Of a stretch of DNA of 64,000 nt, positions 36,041 through 49,377 are shown one piece after another. The position numbers were made by a program, and so were the translations under genes. Source of the DNA: Mobula hypostoma (lineage: Eukaryota); the NCBI RefSeq assembly GCF_963921235.1, contig NC_086109.1, positions 15,502,001-15,566,000 on the forward strand, written 5' to 3'. The stretch's first letter is position 1, and each line of letters opens with the position of its first letter. Under the pieces are notes generated by a model. The model did not search any database, was not told the DNA's origin, and worked only from the letters and a program-made list of their open reading frames with translations.

Positions 36041-36479
36041 ACAGTGACTTCACTCACAGTCATAACAGAGGTGTACAAAATCTTGAGGATAGATTAAGGG
36101 GAATATATGCGGTCTACTGTTGTGGGGAGAGGGAATCCAAGACTAGAGGGTATAGGTTGAAAGTGAGAAGGGAAGGATTTAAAAGAGATCTGAGGGATGC
36201 CTTCGTCATGCAGAGGGTGGTGTGCATATGGAAAAAGCTACCAGAGCAAGTAGTCCAGGCAAGTGAAATAACAACATTTAAAAGGCACTTGAACGGGTAC
36301 GTGGATAGGAGAGGTTGAAGAATATGGGCCAAACACAGACAAATGGGACTAGCTTATATGGGCACCTAGGTTGGTATGGATGAATTGGGCCAAAACATGC
36401 ACGAGTTTGCACGCAATGGGCTTGATACCTTTTTAAAAAAAAAGTTGAGGTTGACCTCTCAAATGACCATAAGACCTCT

Positions 36480-37335
36480 CCGAAGACTACAAGATACAGG
36501 GGCAGAACTAGGATATTCAGCCCATTGCCTTTGCTTTGCCATTCAATCATGACTGATTTATTTTCCCTCTCAGTGCTACATTCTTCTGCCTTCTGCCTGG
36601 AACCTTTGATGCCATTACTAATCAAGAACCTATAAGCCTCCACTTTAAATATACCCAATAACTTGGCCTTCACTGTCATCTATGGCAATGAATTCCACAG
36701 ATTTACCGCGCTTTAGCTAAAAAAATTGCTCCTCATCCCTGTTCTAAAGCGATGTCATTGTATTCTGATGCTGTGCCCTCTAGTCTTAGACTCCGTCGCT
36801 ATTGGAAACATCCTCTCCATGTCCACTCTACCTTGACCTTTGAATATTCAATAAGTTTCAATGATATCCTCCCACATTCTACAGCCAGTACAAGCTCAGA
36901 GATCAAATGCCCATTATATGTTAACCCTTACATTCCTGGAATCAGCCTCCTCTACACCCTCTCCAATACCGGCATGTTCTTTCTTAGGTAAGCAACCCAG
37001 AATTGCTCACAATATTCCAGGTGCAGTCTGACCAGTGACAATACAGAACCTCATCATTACATCCTTGCTGTTATATTTTAGTCCCCTCAGAATGAATGTT
37101 AACATTTCATTTGCCTTCCTTACCACTACTCAACCTGCAAGTCAACCTTTACAGAATTCTGTACAAGGTCCCGCAAGTCCCTTTGTACCTCAGAACCCTC
37201 TGTTTTGCTTATCTGTATTCTTTTCCAGTTTGATAACAGACTGCCTTTAGATTCCTTTTACTAATCTGCACAGCTTCCTGCTTTTCCACATTAAACTCTA
37301 TTTGCCAAATTTTTATTCCCATGCACTCAACCTGT
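36480..37335 (-). mobile_element. Degenerate CR1 LINE 3' region
   Basis: WQIEFNVEK, LVRLHLEYCEQFW, AVNLWNSLP on the minus strand; 3' UTR tail near 36490. Confidence 0.75.
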
Positions 37336-38346
37336 CTATGACTAACAAGAGAGTTGATTCCTGTATTTCCCAGCTGCAGTAACTGGGAAAGCTTTAGGAA
37401 TTGGGAAACACTGACAAAGTTCACAACACAATGTAACTAATGCACTATCCTCCATAGTATCCAAAACGCTTTCAACAAATGGTGCCTCAGGAAAGTGGCT
37501 TCCATCCTCAAGGACTCCCACTACCCAGGACATGCCCTCTTCTCATTGTTATCATCAGGAAGGAGATACAGGAGCCTGAAAGCATAGTGATTCAGGAACA
37601 GCTTCTTCCCTTCTGCCATCCGATTTCTAAATGGGCATTGAACCCATAAACACTACCTCACTACTTTTTTTTTGCACTAATTTTAATGTAACTTTTTAAT
37701 ACATACTTTTTAATAATTTATTATGTATTGCATTGTACTGCTACTGCAAAGTTAACAAATTTCACAACATATTATGCCGGTGATACTAATCCTGATTCTT
37801 ATTAACCAATTACCTCAATGAATTCCTGAAAGAAAATAGAGCTTTCCTGAAATTTATAGCCTGAATCAAGATACATGTGACATTTAACAAATTAATATTG
37901 GATCTTGATGCAAATTCCTTTAAGTCATAAAATGGATGTGTGTCTATGCGTTATCCATTTTTGATGATTCATTAAAATGCTGAGATAGAACAATAAGTTA
38001 GAAAAGTACTGTACTTAATATAAAAACTTCATAAAGGTTGAAGTGAATTAACTTAAAGCAAGTCCGTTAAGAGAAATGGATGGATCAGTTGCATTAGGAA
38101 GCAAATTTAATTTCTGTGCATAGAATTACAGCAAAGAAGGAAGACATTTGGTGCAATTATTCTGTGCTGGCTTTTTCCAGATCATAATCGAGTTAGCTAC
38201 ATCCTTCCGCAGTCTGCCACATGTCTGACAGGATGTTTTTTTCCCCTGTCACATCAATCTAAATCCTTTACAGAAGATGTTGTTGGATCCATTTCCATCA
38301 TTATTTTCCATGCGTTAGGCCACGTTCTGCAGTTAGGGTATATTGC

Positions 38347-38710
38347 AAATATTAATTTCACAAGCAACCAATCTTCAGGTTTGAAGGTGGATTGCAGATT
38401 GGATCTAAAAAAGCAGCTCAGAACAATTAGACCTCAGACACCTGCATGTGCGGCCAAGCATCAGTGAAGATTAACATTCATTTTGGGTGTCTGGAGTGTG
38501 GGTGCATAAAAGGTGGTGTGTGACAACTATCTGTAATTTAAAGGAAACATTGTGGATACTTTGTAACTATAGAATTATCCTACTGTTACCTTTGACCTTT
38601 AGCATATAAAAATGTCATGTAATATTGGGTTGAGAGGCTTCTTGTTAGAAGTGTGCCTCAATATGATGCCCTGTTGCTCATTTTTGTTGAATGAAACACT
38701 TCTATATCCA
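38347..38710. repeat. Copy B of the duplicated non-coding element
   Basis: Same ordered blocks as copy A; direct orientation, about 2.7 kb apart. Confidence 0.85.
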
Positions 38711-40324
38711 TTAGCTTCAGTGTCTCTGGTAACTTTGTTCACCTCACAATGCCATGCTCACTGATTATTGACTTCCGTGTGAAGGAAAATAGATCTCTGT
38801 TCCAAGGGAAATATGATTTTCCTTCTTATTCCGCGTCAGCTCTCCATAAGCCGTGTCCGTATTTGGCCCTACTGATGCGTCCAATTGCTCATTTGACCAA
38901 CATGATTTGTGGCAGAGAAAAAATTTAGAGAATGCGTGCGTTGAAAGCAGAGAAAGGAATAGGCAGTGGCTGGAAATCTCAACTACAAAAACGATAGTAT
39001 TACTCAGTAGAATAGTCCATGTCTGCAGGGAGATAAAAAGATTTATGCTTTGGACTGAGCTCTTTGTCTGAATGCAAGCTGATTCATGTGTGACGATAAA
39101 GAAGATTTTCTGTACTCCTTAAATTCCGGTCACTTCTCCATTTCTAATTTCATTTCATTGTCTCTGTTGTCAGGCATGCTTCTCGCTGTCTGTATCCTCA
39201 AGCAAACCCAACTACTTTTCCAAAGTTCCTCATCGAAACCATTATCTGTGACTAAACTTTCATTCACATTATCTGATACACACTCTGTGGCCACTTTATT
39301 AGGTGTCACCTGTACTTTTTGAGTGTATTTTTGCACACCACTGTTGTAACACTATTATAATAATTTTGCTTTCGTTTGATACATTTTACCATGTTAAAGA
39401 TGGTGTATAAATACATGATTGTTGTCTGAAAGAAAAAAATTAGGTAAGTTTAATTTGTCACATCTACATTAAAGCATCAAAACTTGGCATCATTTGTGCC
39501 AGGTCAAATCAGCAAGGATTGTGCTGGGCAAGTGTTGTCATGCTTCTGGTATCAACATAGCATGCCCACAAATTACTAACCTTAACCATACACCTTTGGA
39601 ATATGGGAGAAATCCGGACCACTTGGAGGAAGCACAGGTGGTGAGAATGTAGAAGACCCTAAGGAGTTTATATGTTCGCACTGTGACCATGTGGATTTCC
39701 TTTGGGCGCCCTGGTTTCCACCCACAATCCAAAGAGGTACTGGTTACTAGGTTAATTGGTCACATGGGTGTAACTGGGCAGCAGGGGTTGGTTGGGCTGA
39801 AGGGCCTGTTACTGCACTGTGTCTCTAAATAAATAAATGTCAAGAAACCGTAAGTCCAACAGAAAAGAGGAATTAAAGAACAATAATACTTGCAAAAAAA
39901 GTAGTGATGGAGGAACTTATGACTCTCAGAGCTGATAATCCTCAAGGCCTGACAATCTGCTTTCCAGAGCATTAGAGAAGCCACCATGAAAAGACTGATG
40001 TTAAAAGTGAGCTCGCATTTACAACTTCGTCTGGCAGCTCATTCCACGCTCCACCACTCTGTGTGAAGAAGCCCCCACTAATGTTCCCTTTAAACTTTTC
40101 CCCCTTCACCCTTAACCCATGTCCTCTGTTTTTTTTTCTCCCCTAGCCTCAGTGGAAAAAGCCTGCTTGCATTCATTCTATTTATACCCATCATAATTTT
40201 ATATACCTCTATCAAATCTCCCATTTTTAGCATTTTATTTCAAGAGGATGAGAATATAAAAGTAAAGATGTATGGCTTCATCTTTATAAGGCAATGGTGA
40301 GGCTTCACTTTGGAGTTTTTGGAA

Positions 40325-41011
40325 TTTTTTCCAAACATTTTTGGAAATCTATTTTCTCTACAATTTCTAAAGCTTTAAAAATTAATTTACAACCTAATAA
40401 ATTGACAGTTTTGTTCAGTATAATCCCTCAATATATTCATGGTATTTCTATATCAGACCAACATGTAATTGCATTTGTTACATTATTGGCCAGAAGGGCT
40501 ATTTTATTGAAATGGAAAGGTGCTTCTGCTCCCACTTTGATACAATGGTTCTCTCAGGTGATACCATGTCTTAGTTTGGAGAAAATCAGAAGTCGAACTT
40601 TTGATCCTCAATTTGACTTTGAGAAAAGTTGGGGTTCATTTGTCCACTACTATCATCTGATTCGAGTTAATTAAGATGGTTTCCTTCTGATTCTTGTTTA
40701 AATGGATTTGAGTTGGCGGATTGATGTTTTACTTTTATGGAAGCTTGTATGGCGTATAGCTCCAGGGTTGTGCTCCTAATGGTTTTTTTTTGTTAGCAGG
40801 TTTTTTTTATTTTAGTTAGTAGGGGTTTTTTTTTCCTTAAAAAATATTCTTAACACTTTTTTTCTTCTTATTATTGATATATTGTTTAGCTTTGTTAATC
40901 AGTTATTTAGCAATTTAATTCTTCGTTGTACATATTGACATGTTGACTTGATTACCTTAACATATTTTTTTGTTGATCTTTAATAATAATTAATAAAAAA
41001 GATTTAAAAAA
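40325..41011 (+). mobile_element. L1-clade LINE 3' fragment (ORF2 C-terminus, T-rich 3' UTR, A-rich tail)
   Basis: FWKSIF...LLARRAILLKWK...PTLIQW...LSLEKIR...FEKSWGSF, typical of the ORF2 end of non-mammalian vertebrate L1; aataaaaaagatttaaaaaa tail. Confidence 0.8.
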
Positions 41012-41914
41012 TGAAATGAAAGACCCCCATCGGCCAGGACATGTCCTCTTCTCATTGCCTCCATCAAAGAGGTGGTACTGGAAATGATTCAGGTACAGTT
41101 TCTTCCCCTCTGCCAGCTGATTTCTGAATGGACACTGAACCCGTCAACACCAGCTCACTATTTTTGCACTACTTAATTTAAATATTTATATATACATTTA
41201 CTGTTTTACACAGTTTTGATTATGTATTGCATTGTTCTGCTGCCACAAAAACAACAAATTTCACAAGATATGCTGGCGAAATTAAACAGGATTTTGATTC
41301 TGGTAGAATAAATAAGGGAGATGTGGAGCATTTGGATTTTTAGGTCTCTGATAAAGTCTAACATTAAAAGATAATGGAATTAAGGTAATAACCAGAAAAA
41401 TTTTGAAAACTGGTTGGCATACAGGAAAAAGAGAAAGAATAAATTTGGCTTCCTTGGAGTAAAACAGGTTGATTTGTGTATTGTAGGGATCAGTGCTTGA
41501 CCCTGTTTTTCACAATGCACATCAACACCTTGGATTAGAAAACCGAGTGTAACATTTCTCATTTGCTGGCAACTTGAAACAGGGAAGAATTATGGGACAC
41601 AGAGAGGCTTCAAGCCAATTTAGGCTTGTTGTGTCAGTGTGGAAGATACTTGGCAGACGCAAGATGCAGGTAAATGTTAAGTAACCAACTTTAGTAGAGA
41701 AGCAGATTCTTAGATTATTTAAATAGTGACAGAATGGGTAATGTCACCACTTCAAGAACTCTTCATTATCAATATTTATTGAATCAGAATCAGGTTTATT
41801 TTCACTGACATGTGTCATGAAATTTGTTAACTTAGCCGTAGCAGTTCAATGCAATACATAATATAGAAGAGAAAAAATTTTAAAAAATAATAAGTATGTA
41901 AATCAATTGTAGCA

Positions 41915-42420
41915 TAGGTTTCCCCCCTCTATCCGAAAATACGGTGTTCCTATGAAACCTTTTGTAAGCTGAAATGGCGTAAAGCGAAGAAGCCATTACC
42001 ATTAACTTATATGGGAAAAATTTTTAAGCATTCCCAGACCCAAAAAAAAACATACCAAATAGCACGTAAAACCTAAAATAACACTAACATATAGTAAAAT
42101 CAGGAATGATAAATACACAGCCTATATAAAGTAGAAATAATGTGTAGTTTCACCTATCAGAATCGGGAAGATTTAGCCAAAACTGATTTGTAGAAAAAAA
42201 ATCGGCACGTACACGCACGCGCACACACCTACCCGTGCAAGGCTTCACAGTCATGGTAGTATTTCTCGGGGTAAACAACAGGTTTAAAGCGGGTGCCTTT
42301 TTTTGTAAAAGCAAAAATCCTCTTTGGATTTCTTTTGGTTAGCGAAAACAGGTACTAATGTAGGTCTTTCATAAAAGTAAAGTGGTGTAAAGCGAACTTT
42401 CATAAAGCGGGGGACAGCTG
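41915..42420. mobile_element. Tigger/pogo-like MITE inserted in a minus-strand Rex1-type 3' UTR (41780-42706)
   Basis: Imperfect TIRs taggtttcccccctctatccgaaa / tttcataaagcgggggacagctg, with TA on the right flank. Confidence 0.7.
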
Positions 42421-43869
42421 TATACATATTTTGTATAGATTAAAAATCATGCAAAAAACAGAAATAATATGTATTAAAAAGTGAGGTAGTGTTCAAGGGT
42501 TCAATGTCCATTTAGGAATCAGATAGCAGAAGCTGTTCCTGAATTGCTGAGTGTGTGCCTTCAGACATCTGTACCTCCTTCCTGATGGTAACAGTGAGAA
42601 AAGGGCATGCCCTGGGTACTGGATGTCCTTAATAATGGATGCCTCCTTCCTGAGACACCACTCCTTGAAGATGTCCTGGGTACTTTGCAAGCAGTACCCA
42701 AAATGGAGCTAGTTTGACAAATAAGTAGTTCTCTAGAAAACAAGAAAATACCCCCTCAACCCCTGGTAATGCATTGCTTATTTATTATAATTTTTTTTCT
42801 TTCTTTTTGTATTTGCACAATTTGTTGTCTTTTGCACATTAGTTCTTTGTCTGTCCTGTTGGGTGAGGTCTTTCACTGATTCTGCTATGTTTCATGTACT
42901 TACTGTGAATGCCCACAAGAAAAATGAATCTCCGGGTTGTATATGGTGACGTATCTGTACTTTGATAATAAATTCACTTTGAACTTTGGACCCTGAACAA
43001 AGAGGTTTGAGTATCCATGTACACCAGTCACTGAGAGCAAACCATCAGCTGCAGCTTGAAGATGCCCAGTGCCCTCGATTGCAAAAAATCTTGACTGCAA
43101 GTGTTGAGTCAATGAGCAAAAACATCCTACTAGGGTTATAGAACCACAAGACATAGGAGCAATATTTGGTCATTTGACTCACTGAGTTAGCTCTGCTGTT
43201 TGAACATGGCTAATTTATTTCCTTGCTAGAGTTGCAGTAGTGCTTGGTTCAGGCAGCTCTCTGTAAAGTTATGACTCAGAGGGCATTACGTTGCGAAGTT
43301 CACTGTTTCTGAGTAACTGATCAGAGTGAACACTTGGTCCTTTGGATACATCTCACTGTGGAGTCTGTCACAGGCAGGTTCCAATGCCCGCTGGTCAATA
43401 CTTAGGTCCGATTACCAGAATCAGAGTCCGCAGTACCACTAGCATGAGTTATCGAGTTAAACTTGCTCTGATTTAAAGGTGGATTAGGAGGAAGTGTCTC
43501 AAGGCTTCCCCATTAACAAAGACCTGGCTAATGCCTTTCTTCCCATAAACATGTCACATCATTCTTCCTCTGACTTCTCCTAGAGAATGGCATCTTGATC
43601 CCTAACACGTGAAACTCAGCCACGCTCATTTGCCCTTTTCCAATGGCTTCGTGAGAGTTTGGGCAGAAGATGGGGCTGATCATTCAAAGTCACCCAGGCC
43701 TATTGCTTGTTCCATTCCTGACTTGTCTTTAGATAAAATAGGGCTTGGGAATCCTAAAAGAAAAACATACAAGAGAATGCACTCATTAAAGCCTACAGAT
43801 TGCTCAAAGGGCTGGATAGAGTAAATAAGGAGAGGATGTATGCATTTGTAGGAGTCTAGAATCCAGTTC

Positions 43870-44103
43870 TTTGGGCGAAAAAATCCTTGTTAACGAGAGA
43901 GGTCAGAGGAGATTGGCCAGACTGGTTCAAACTGACAGGGAACTCAAATAACCGTGCATTACAACAGTAGGGTGCTGAAGAGCATCTCTGAATGCACAAC
44001 ATGTTGAACCTTTCAATGGGCTACAGCAGCAGAAGACCACAAACGTATACTCAGTGGCCACTTTATTAGGTTCACGCGGAACCTAATGAAGTGGCCACTG
44101 AGT
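43870..44103 (+). mobile_element. Tc1-like non-autonomous fragment ending in a TIR-TIR hairpin
   Basis: LVNERGQRRLARLVQTDR...MGYSSRRP, then actcagtggccactttattaggttc-acgcg-gaacctaatgaagtggccactgagt. Confidence 0.8.
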
Positions 44104-46139
44104 GGCTTCTTAAAAGGGAACATTTTCAGGACCGTAAAGCAAGACTAAGCTAGTTTGGCAAATTAGTAGTTCACTAGAAAACAAGAACATATCTCCTCTT
44201 ACCCCTCGTAATGCATTGCATTACGATGCAATTAGAATAATGCTTCCCTCTACTCTCCAGTGTATGGTACTTTTGGAGCAGATTCCCAATACACATGGGC
44301 ACAAAGCAGGCTAGTTTTTTTTTTAAGTGGAAAGGTGTGTTAGATAGATCGGAAGGGAAGTTTGATTTGGAAGCAGTCAGGCGTAGAATGGAGAACAGCA
44401 GGTGTAATGGACTGAGCTGTTGTGTTTCCTACTGAGCCCCTTTGGAACAGAACAAGTCATGAGGGGGGTATGGTGCTCGCCAGGTGAGTGGATTCTCAAC
44501 TGTCTTTGAAAACTGCAGTCCCCAGCTGATCAACCATCAGATCCACGGAAGTAAGACTGACAACAAAGCTATGGCATTACACAACAAAGCCAAGGTCAGG
44601 TTCACATTACTGCCCATGCGTGGGCACATTATTTCTCTTCCACTGGCTAAATGGCCCATGTGTGGATTTGACATGTTTTTAGCAAACTGTTAACTACACA
44701 TTCCAGATTTTTAAAAAAAATTCTAATCACTAGCTAAATGGCACACACTTCTTTGCATTGATGTTGCTATAATCTCTTGAGCTCTGCTCCCTTATGCAGC
44801 TCTGCTTTCATCAGCTCGCTCATGTACGACGGGAGCCACAGTGCATTTAAACACCCATCCCCCGAGATTAGTTTTGGAACTGAAGACTGAACAGTTGGAT
44901 TCCTCCAAACATTCAGTGCACGCATTTTGATTTGACCCTGGAAGTGCCCTGAAATAATTGGAAGATCACATGCTTGGCCTGCCACTGCTGTTGAAGTAAC
45001 TTCCTGTGCCTTCTAAGCAGCTCAAATCCACCACAAACCAAGATTCTCTTTAGCCTTACTAATTTGGATAGTTTTAGGATTCTAAGAAACATTTACCTCA
45101 CAGGGGGAATCAATGAGGATTTGCATTTACCCACAGTCACATTTGCCAAACATGTCAAAGTGCTTCATGCAGTGAAACAGTGATGCAGTTAAACCATAAT
45201 ACCATAAGACACAGGAGCAGAATTAAGCCATTCAACACATCAAGATCCACCATTCCATCATGGCTGATTTATTTTCCTTCTCAACCACATTCTCCTGTTT
45301 CCTCCCTGCAACCCTCAACACCCATACTAATCAAGAACCTATCAACCATTGCAACATAAACAAGCAAATAAGACAGCTATTTTGTACACTGCAAGATCTC
45401 ACATTGAGAATTTGGGTGAATATTTAAGTGTTAACACCATGATTTTAAAACCATTATATTCCAATGCAGAAATGCCTTTACCCACTGCCATACCAACAGT
45501 ACCGCTCTCCTCATCAAACCTGTAATCCCCACCAGACTGACTTTCCTGTTTCTCTCGCTTATTGGCTTGTGATATACTCTTATATCTCTTATATTGTGAT
45601 ATACTCTTATACTCTCGCTTATTGGCTTGTGATATGTTGCTGACTGTGTCTAAGTTCTGGTATAAACTTCTCTCCTCTTGCCCCTTGTATTGCTTCTACT
45701 CATGCCAAAATGACTTCCTCCAAAGGATGATACTTGGTACCTGAACATTGTACTCAGTGGCTACTTTATAAGGTACACCTGTACATCTGCTCCTTAACAG
45801 TCATCATTTCTGAACCATAATCAGAACCAACTGTTCATTTCCCTCACAACACAGTCTACGGTTTGGGCTGGCCACGAGTCCTGCCAAAAGGTCTCGGTCA
45901 ACAGTACTCTTTTCTATAGATGCTGCCTGGCCTGCTGAGTTCCCTCAGCATTTGTGTGTGTTGCTTGGATTTCCAGCATCTGCAGATTTTCTCTTGCTTT
46001 TTCACTTCGTTCCATAGATGCTACTTGACCTGCTGAGTTCCCTCAGCATTTTGTGTGCGTTTCTCAAGATTTCCAGCATCTGCAAAATCTCGTCTGTTTA
46101 TTTCTTCTGAACATAGCTGAATCAAATGTTCAAGCAGTT

Positions 46140-46385
46140 ACACCCAGTGGCCACTTTATTAGGTACACCTATACCCCTGCTTCTTAATGCAAACTATCTA
46201 ATCAGCCAATCAAGTGCCAGCAACTCAATGCATGAAAGAATGCAGATCTGGTCGAGAGGTTCAGTTGCTGTTCAGACCAAACATCAGATGGGGAAAAAAT
46301 GTGATCCAAGTGACTTTGACTGTGGAATGATTGTTGGTGCCTGACAGGGTGGTTTGAGTATCTCAGAAATTGCTGATCTGGTGAA
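46140..46385 (+). mobile_element. Tc1-like non-autonomous 5' fragment
   Basis: TIR cacccagtggccactttattaggtac; MGKKCDPSDFDCGMIVGA. Confidence 0.8.
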
Positions 46386-46399
46386 GAAGAGGTGGGGGG

Positions 46400-46885
46400 C
46401 ATTACCTCCTCTACCTGTCACGGTGAGGCCACACTCTGGTCAGAAAGGCAACACCTTAAACTCCATCTGGGTAGCTTCCAACCTGATGGCATGAACATCG
46501 ATTTCTCGAACTTCCAATAATGCCCCCACCTCCCCACTTTCAACATTCCTCTCTCTCACCTTATCTCCTCCCTTTGGTGCTCCTCCCACTTTTCTTTCTT
46601 CCATGACCTTCCATCCTCTCCCATCAGATTCTCCCTTCTCCAGCCCTCTCTCTCTTTCACCATTCAACTTCCCAGCTCTTTACTTCACACCTCTCCCCCC
46701 CCCCCCCACCTTCCCGGTTTCACCTATAACCTTGTGTTTCTTCCTCCTCTTCCCGCACATTCTTACTCTGACTTCTCATCTTATTTTCTCCAGTCCTGAT
46801 GAAAGTTCTTGGCCCGAAATACTGACTGTACTCGTTTCCATAAACGCTGCCTGGCCTGCTGAGTTCCTCCAGCATTTTGTGCGTG
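46400..46885 (+). mobile_element. Penelope-like element 3' end
   Basis: LGSFQPDGMNIDFSNF* C-terminus, pyrimidine tract, hammerhead-like motif 46791-46828. Confidence 0.8.
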
Positions 46886-47544
46886 TCGTGTGCACATGCT
46901 TTGTTGCAGCCAGAAGCACAGCAACACTGGCTGGCTGCCCAGTACAAACCTCGCTGATTTGATTTGATACAAATGAAGCATTTGTCTCAATGTACATGTA
47001 ACAAATAAAGCTAATCTTCTCTTAGAACCTCGAGCAGAAAACAAGTAGGTGGAAAAATGCAGTGGGTCAAACAGCATGCATAGAAGCAAAGAGATGGCCA
47101 AGGCAATTTCTTGACTTGAGGTGTTGACCATCCCTTCACCTCCAGAGATGCAGCTAGATTCTGCTGATTTCCACCAGTTAGTTCTGTGCCCCCAATACCA
47201 GCAGTCTCTGTGCTTACTAATATAAGTCGCTGCTTTGTTCTAAACGATCCTTTAGCTCACCAGACGCTTGAAGGGTGTTATTCTACATTTCCTTTCTGTG
47301 ATATGCTTTCTGAGATTATTCCTGATGGGCTTGGTTCTCATTTTTAGGTTTATGTTCTTTTGTCCTACACTCTCCCACCCGAGGAAAAGACTTGTCCTCA
47401 TTAACAAGTTCAAATTTTTCAATTAGCTGAATTACCTCGGCATCTCAATTAAATCATTCTTTAGCCTTCTATAATAAAGGGCCATAAACTCGGTTTATGT
47501 AACATATCCTTTTAATTAAATTTTTAGCCTGAGTATCATTCAAT

Positions 47545-47940
47545 AGGGGTGGAAGGGTGGAGCTAGGACTCTACCAAAGGAGGTGCAAGGTGCTCCTTCC
47601 CTCTGCTAGCCTGCAGGTCACCCTTGGGCAATGTGTAGCACCTGCTTGGCTCCCATCCCCCCCCACCCCCGATCAGGGACATGTGAAGTCATGGGTGCAG
47701 GTGGTGGGTGGTCATATGAGCAGCTGGTACACATCACAAGACCTGATTATGTGACCACTGATGCCAGGCAGACAACCTCTGAAGGGTATTGATAATGACT
47801 GGGGTCAAACATCTTGTAAAGACACTGCCCAAAAGAAGACAATGGCAAACCACTTCTGTAGAAAAATTTGCCAAGAACAATCATGGTCATGGAAAGACCA
47901 TGATTGCCAACGTCATATGACATGACACATAATGAACAAA
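47545..47940 (+). mobile_element. SINE-like element with RTE-related 3' segment (copy 2)
   Basis: Homologous to 4690-5012; gacaatggcaaaccacttctgtagaaaaatttgccaagaac. Confidence 0.6.
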
Positions 47941-48351
47941 TGAATGATCATTCTACAATGTTGGGAGCACTTCAGAAGAAACCCATTGGCAGTAGAGTAT
48001 TTGTAATGCTGCAAAATGATGAAAAATATAAATGAGGAATCTCTATCTGTAAGATTCATGTTACAATGTTCTATTTCCTCATTTAGACCATTAATATATG
48101 GAGTCAAAAGCTTCATGTTACTACATTAAGGTGACTTTGACTCATGTCTTCTATTTGATTTTGTTCCATACAAAAAAGATTGGTGAAATGGTTCTTTATT
48201 ATCAAAACAGTAACCATCGGAAGAGAGGGGTGTGGAAATTATGGAGGCATGCACTGTGTCAGAATGAAGAGAGGGTGTGACAGCCTTCCTCCACCCAGGA
48301 CTAATTTAATGCAAGATACATGCCGTCTACGGTACAGTGCAATATCTTAGG

Positions 48352-48380
48352 TGTATATATATATATATATACACACACAT

Positions 48381-48413
<33 letters not shown>

Positions 48414-48420
48414 CACACAC
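48352..48420. repeat. Compound (TA)n(CA)n microsatellite
   Basis: Read directly from the sequence. Confidence 0.95.
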
Positions 48421-49377
48421 AACATATTATAGCAGAAGCAGTATAGTGCAGTACATAAAATTACTGCAGTACTATGCAAAAGTCCTATGCACTCTAACTA
48501 TATGTGCCCAAAACTTTTGCATAGTACCGTAGTAATTTTCTGTATTGCACTGTACTACAGCCACAAAAAAAGTCATGACATATGAGAGTGATGATAATCC
48601 TGATTCTGATATGGGTCTGAGATTGGGAAGGGGGCAGAGAGAGGGGAATCATGGTTGGGAAAAGGGGAGGGAATGGGAAGAACCTGAGAGACATTCTGTA
48701 ATGACCGATAAATCGATTGTCTGGAATCTAATGACCTTGCCTGGTGTCTCAGGGCTACGTGTGTCTACACCCGCGCTTCCCCTCACCCCTGGCACTCCTC
48801 CTCTGCCACCTGTCCCACACCCCTCCTGTGGCACTCCACCCTCTCCATTTCCAACATTCTCCCGCCAGATTTACAAACCCCCTCTCAGTACTGCGCCAAA
48901 GTCTTGGACACCCTAGCTATACATACGCACAAGACTTTTGCACAGTACTGTACTTAGTATCTGGAAGGAAGTTGCAGTACTGAATCAATCTCCTCCTCCT
49001 AATAAAACATCGTTCTTGGTGGTGCAACACATGTAATCAATGATCCATAACTATTAATTCACTAATGACTTGATCAAAGGAAAAGGTGGCATGGTACGGA
49101 TTTATGCTTGATTAGAACCATTCACTTTGGTGTGCAGTTCCCAATTGCTGTTGTCATCAACAACCACAATGTCATCTTCCACTCTGTCTTTCAGTCACTC
49201 AGTATTGAATTTGTAGCAAACGAACAGCTAGCATTCTGCCTTCCACACAGTATTTCTGTCTAATGCAGCCACTTAGGTGAGATTCTGGATATTGAAGGGG
49301 TGTTAATTTCACGGTACCAGCACCATCCAAGGATAGGACGTCAATGCCCGGGGAAAGCACAATGTTTGCTATCAGTG

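Noticed and set aside
39174..39280. Acceptor-like tctctgttgtcag with an open frame
   Set aside because: No donor before the frame runs into a Tc1 TIR; peptide not recognisable
45552..45636. Short tandem duplication (ctctcgcttattggcttgtgatat twice)
   Set aside because: Only two copies with internally repeated filler; ordinary slippage, not an array
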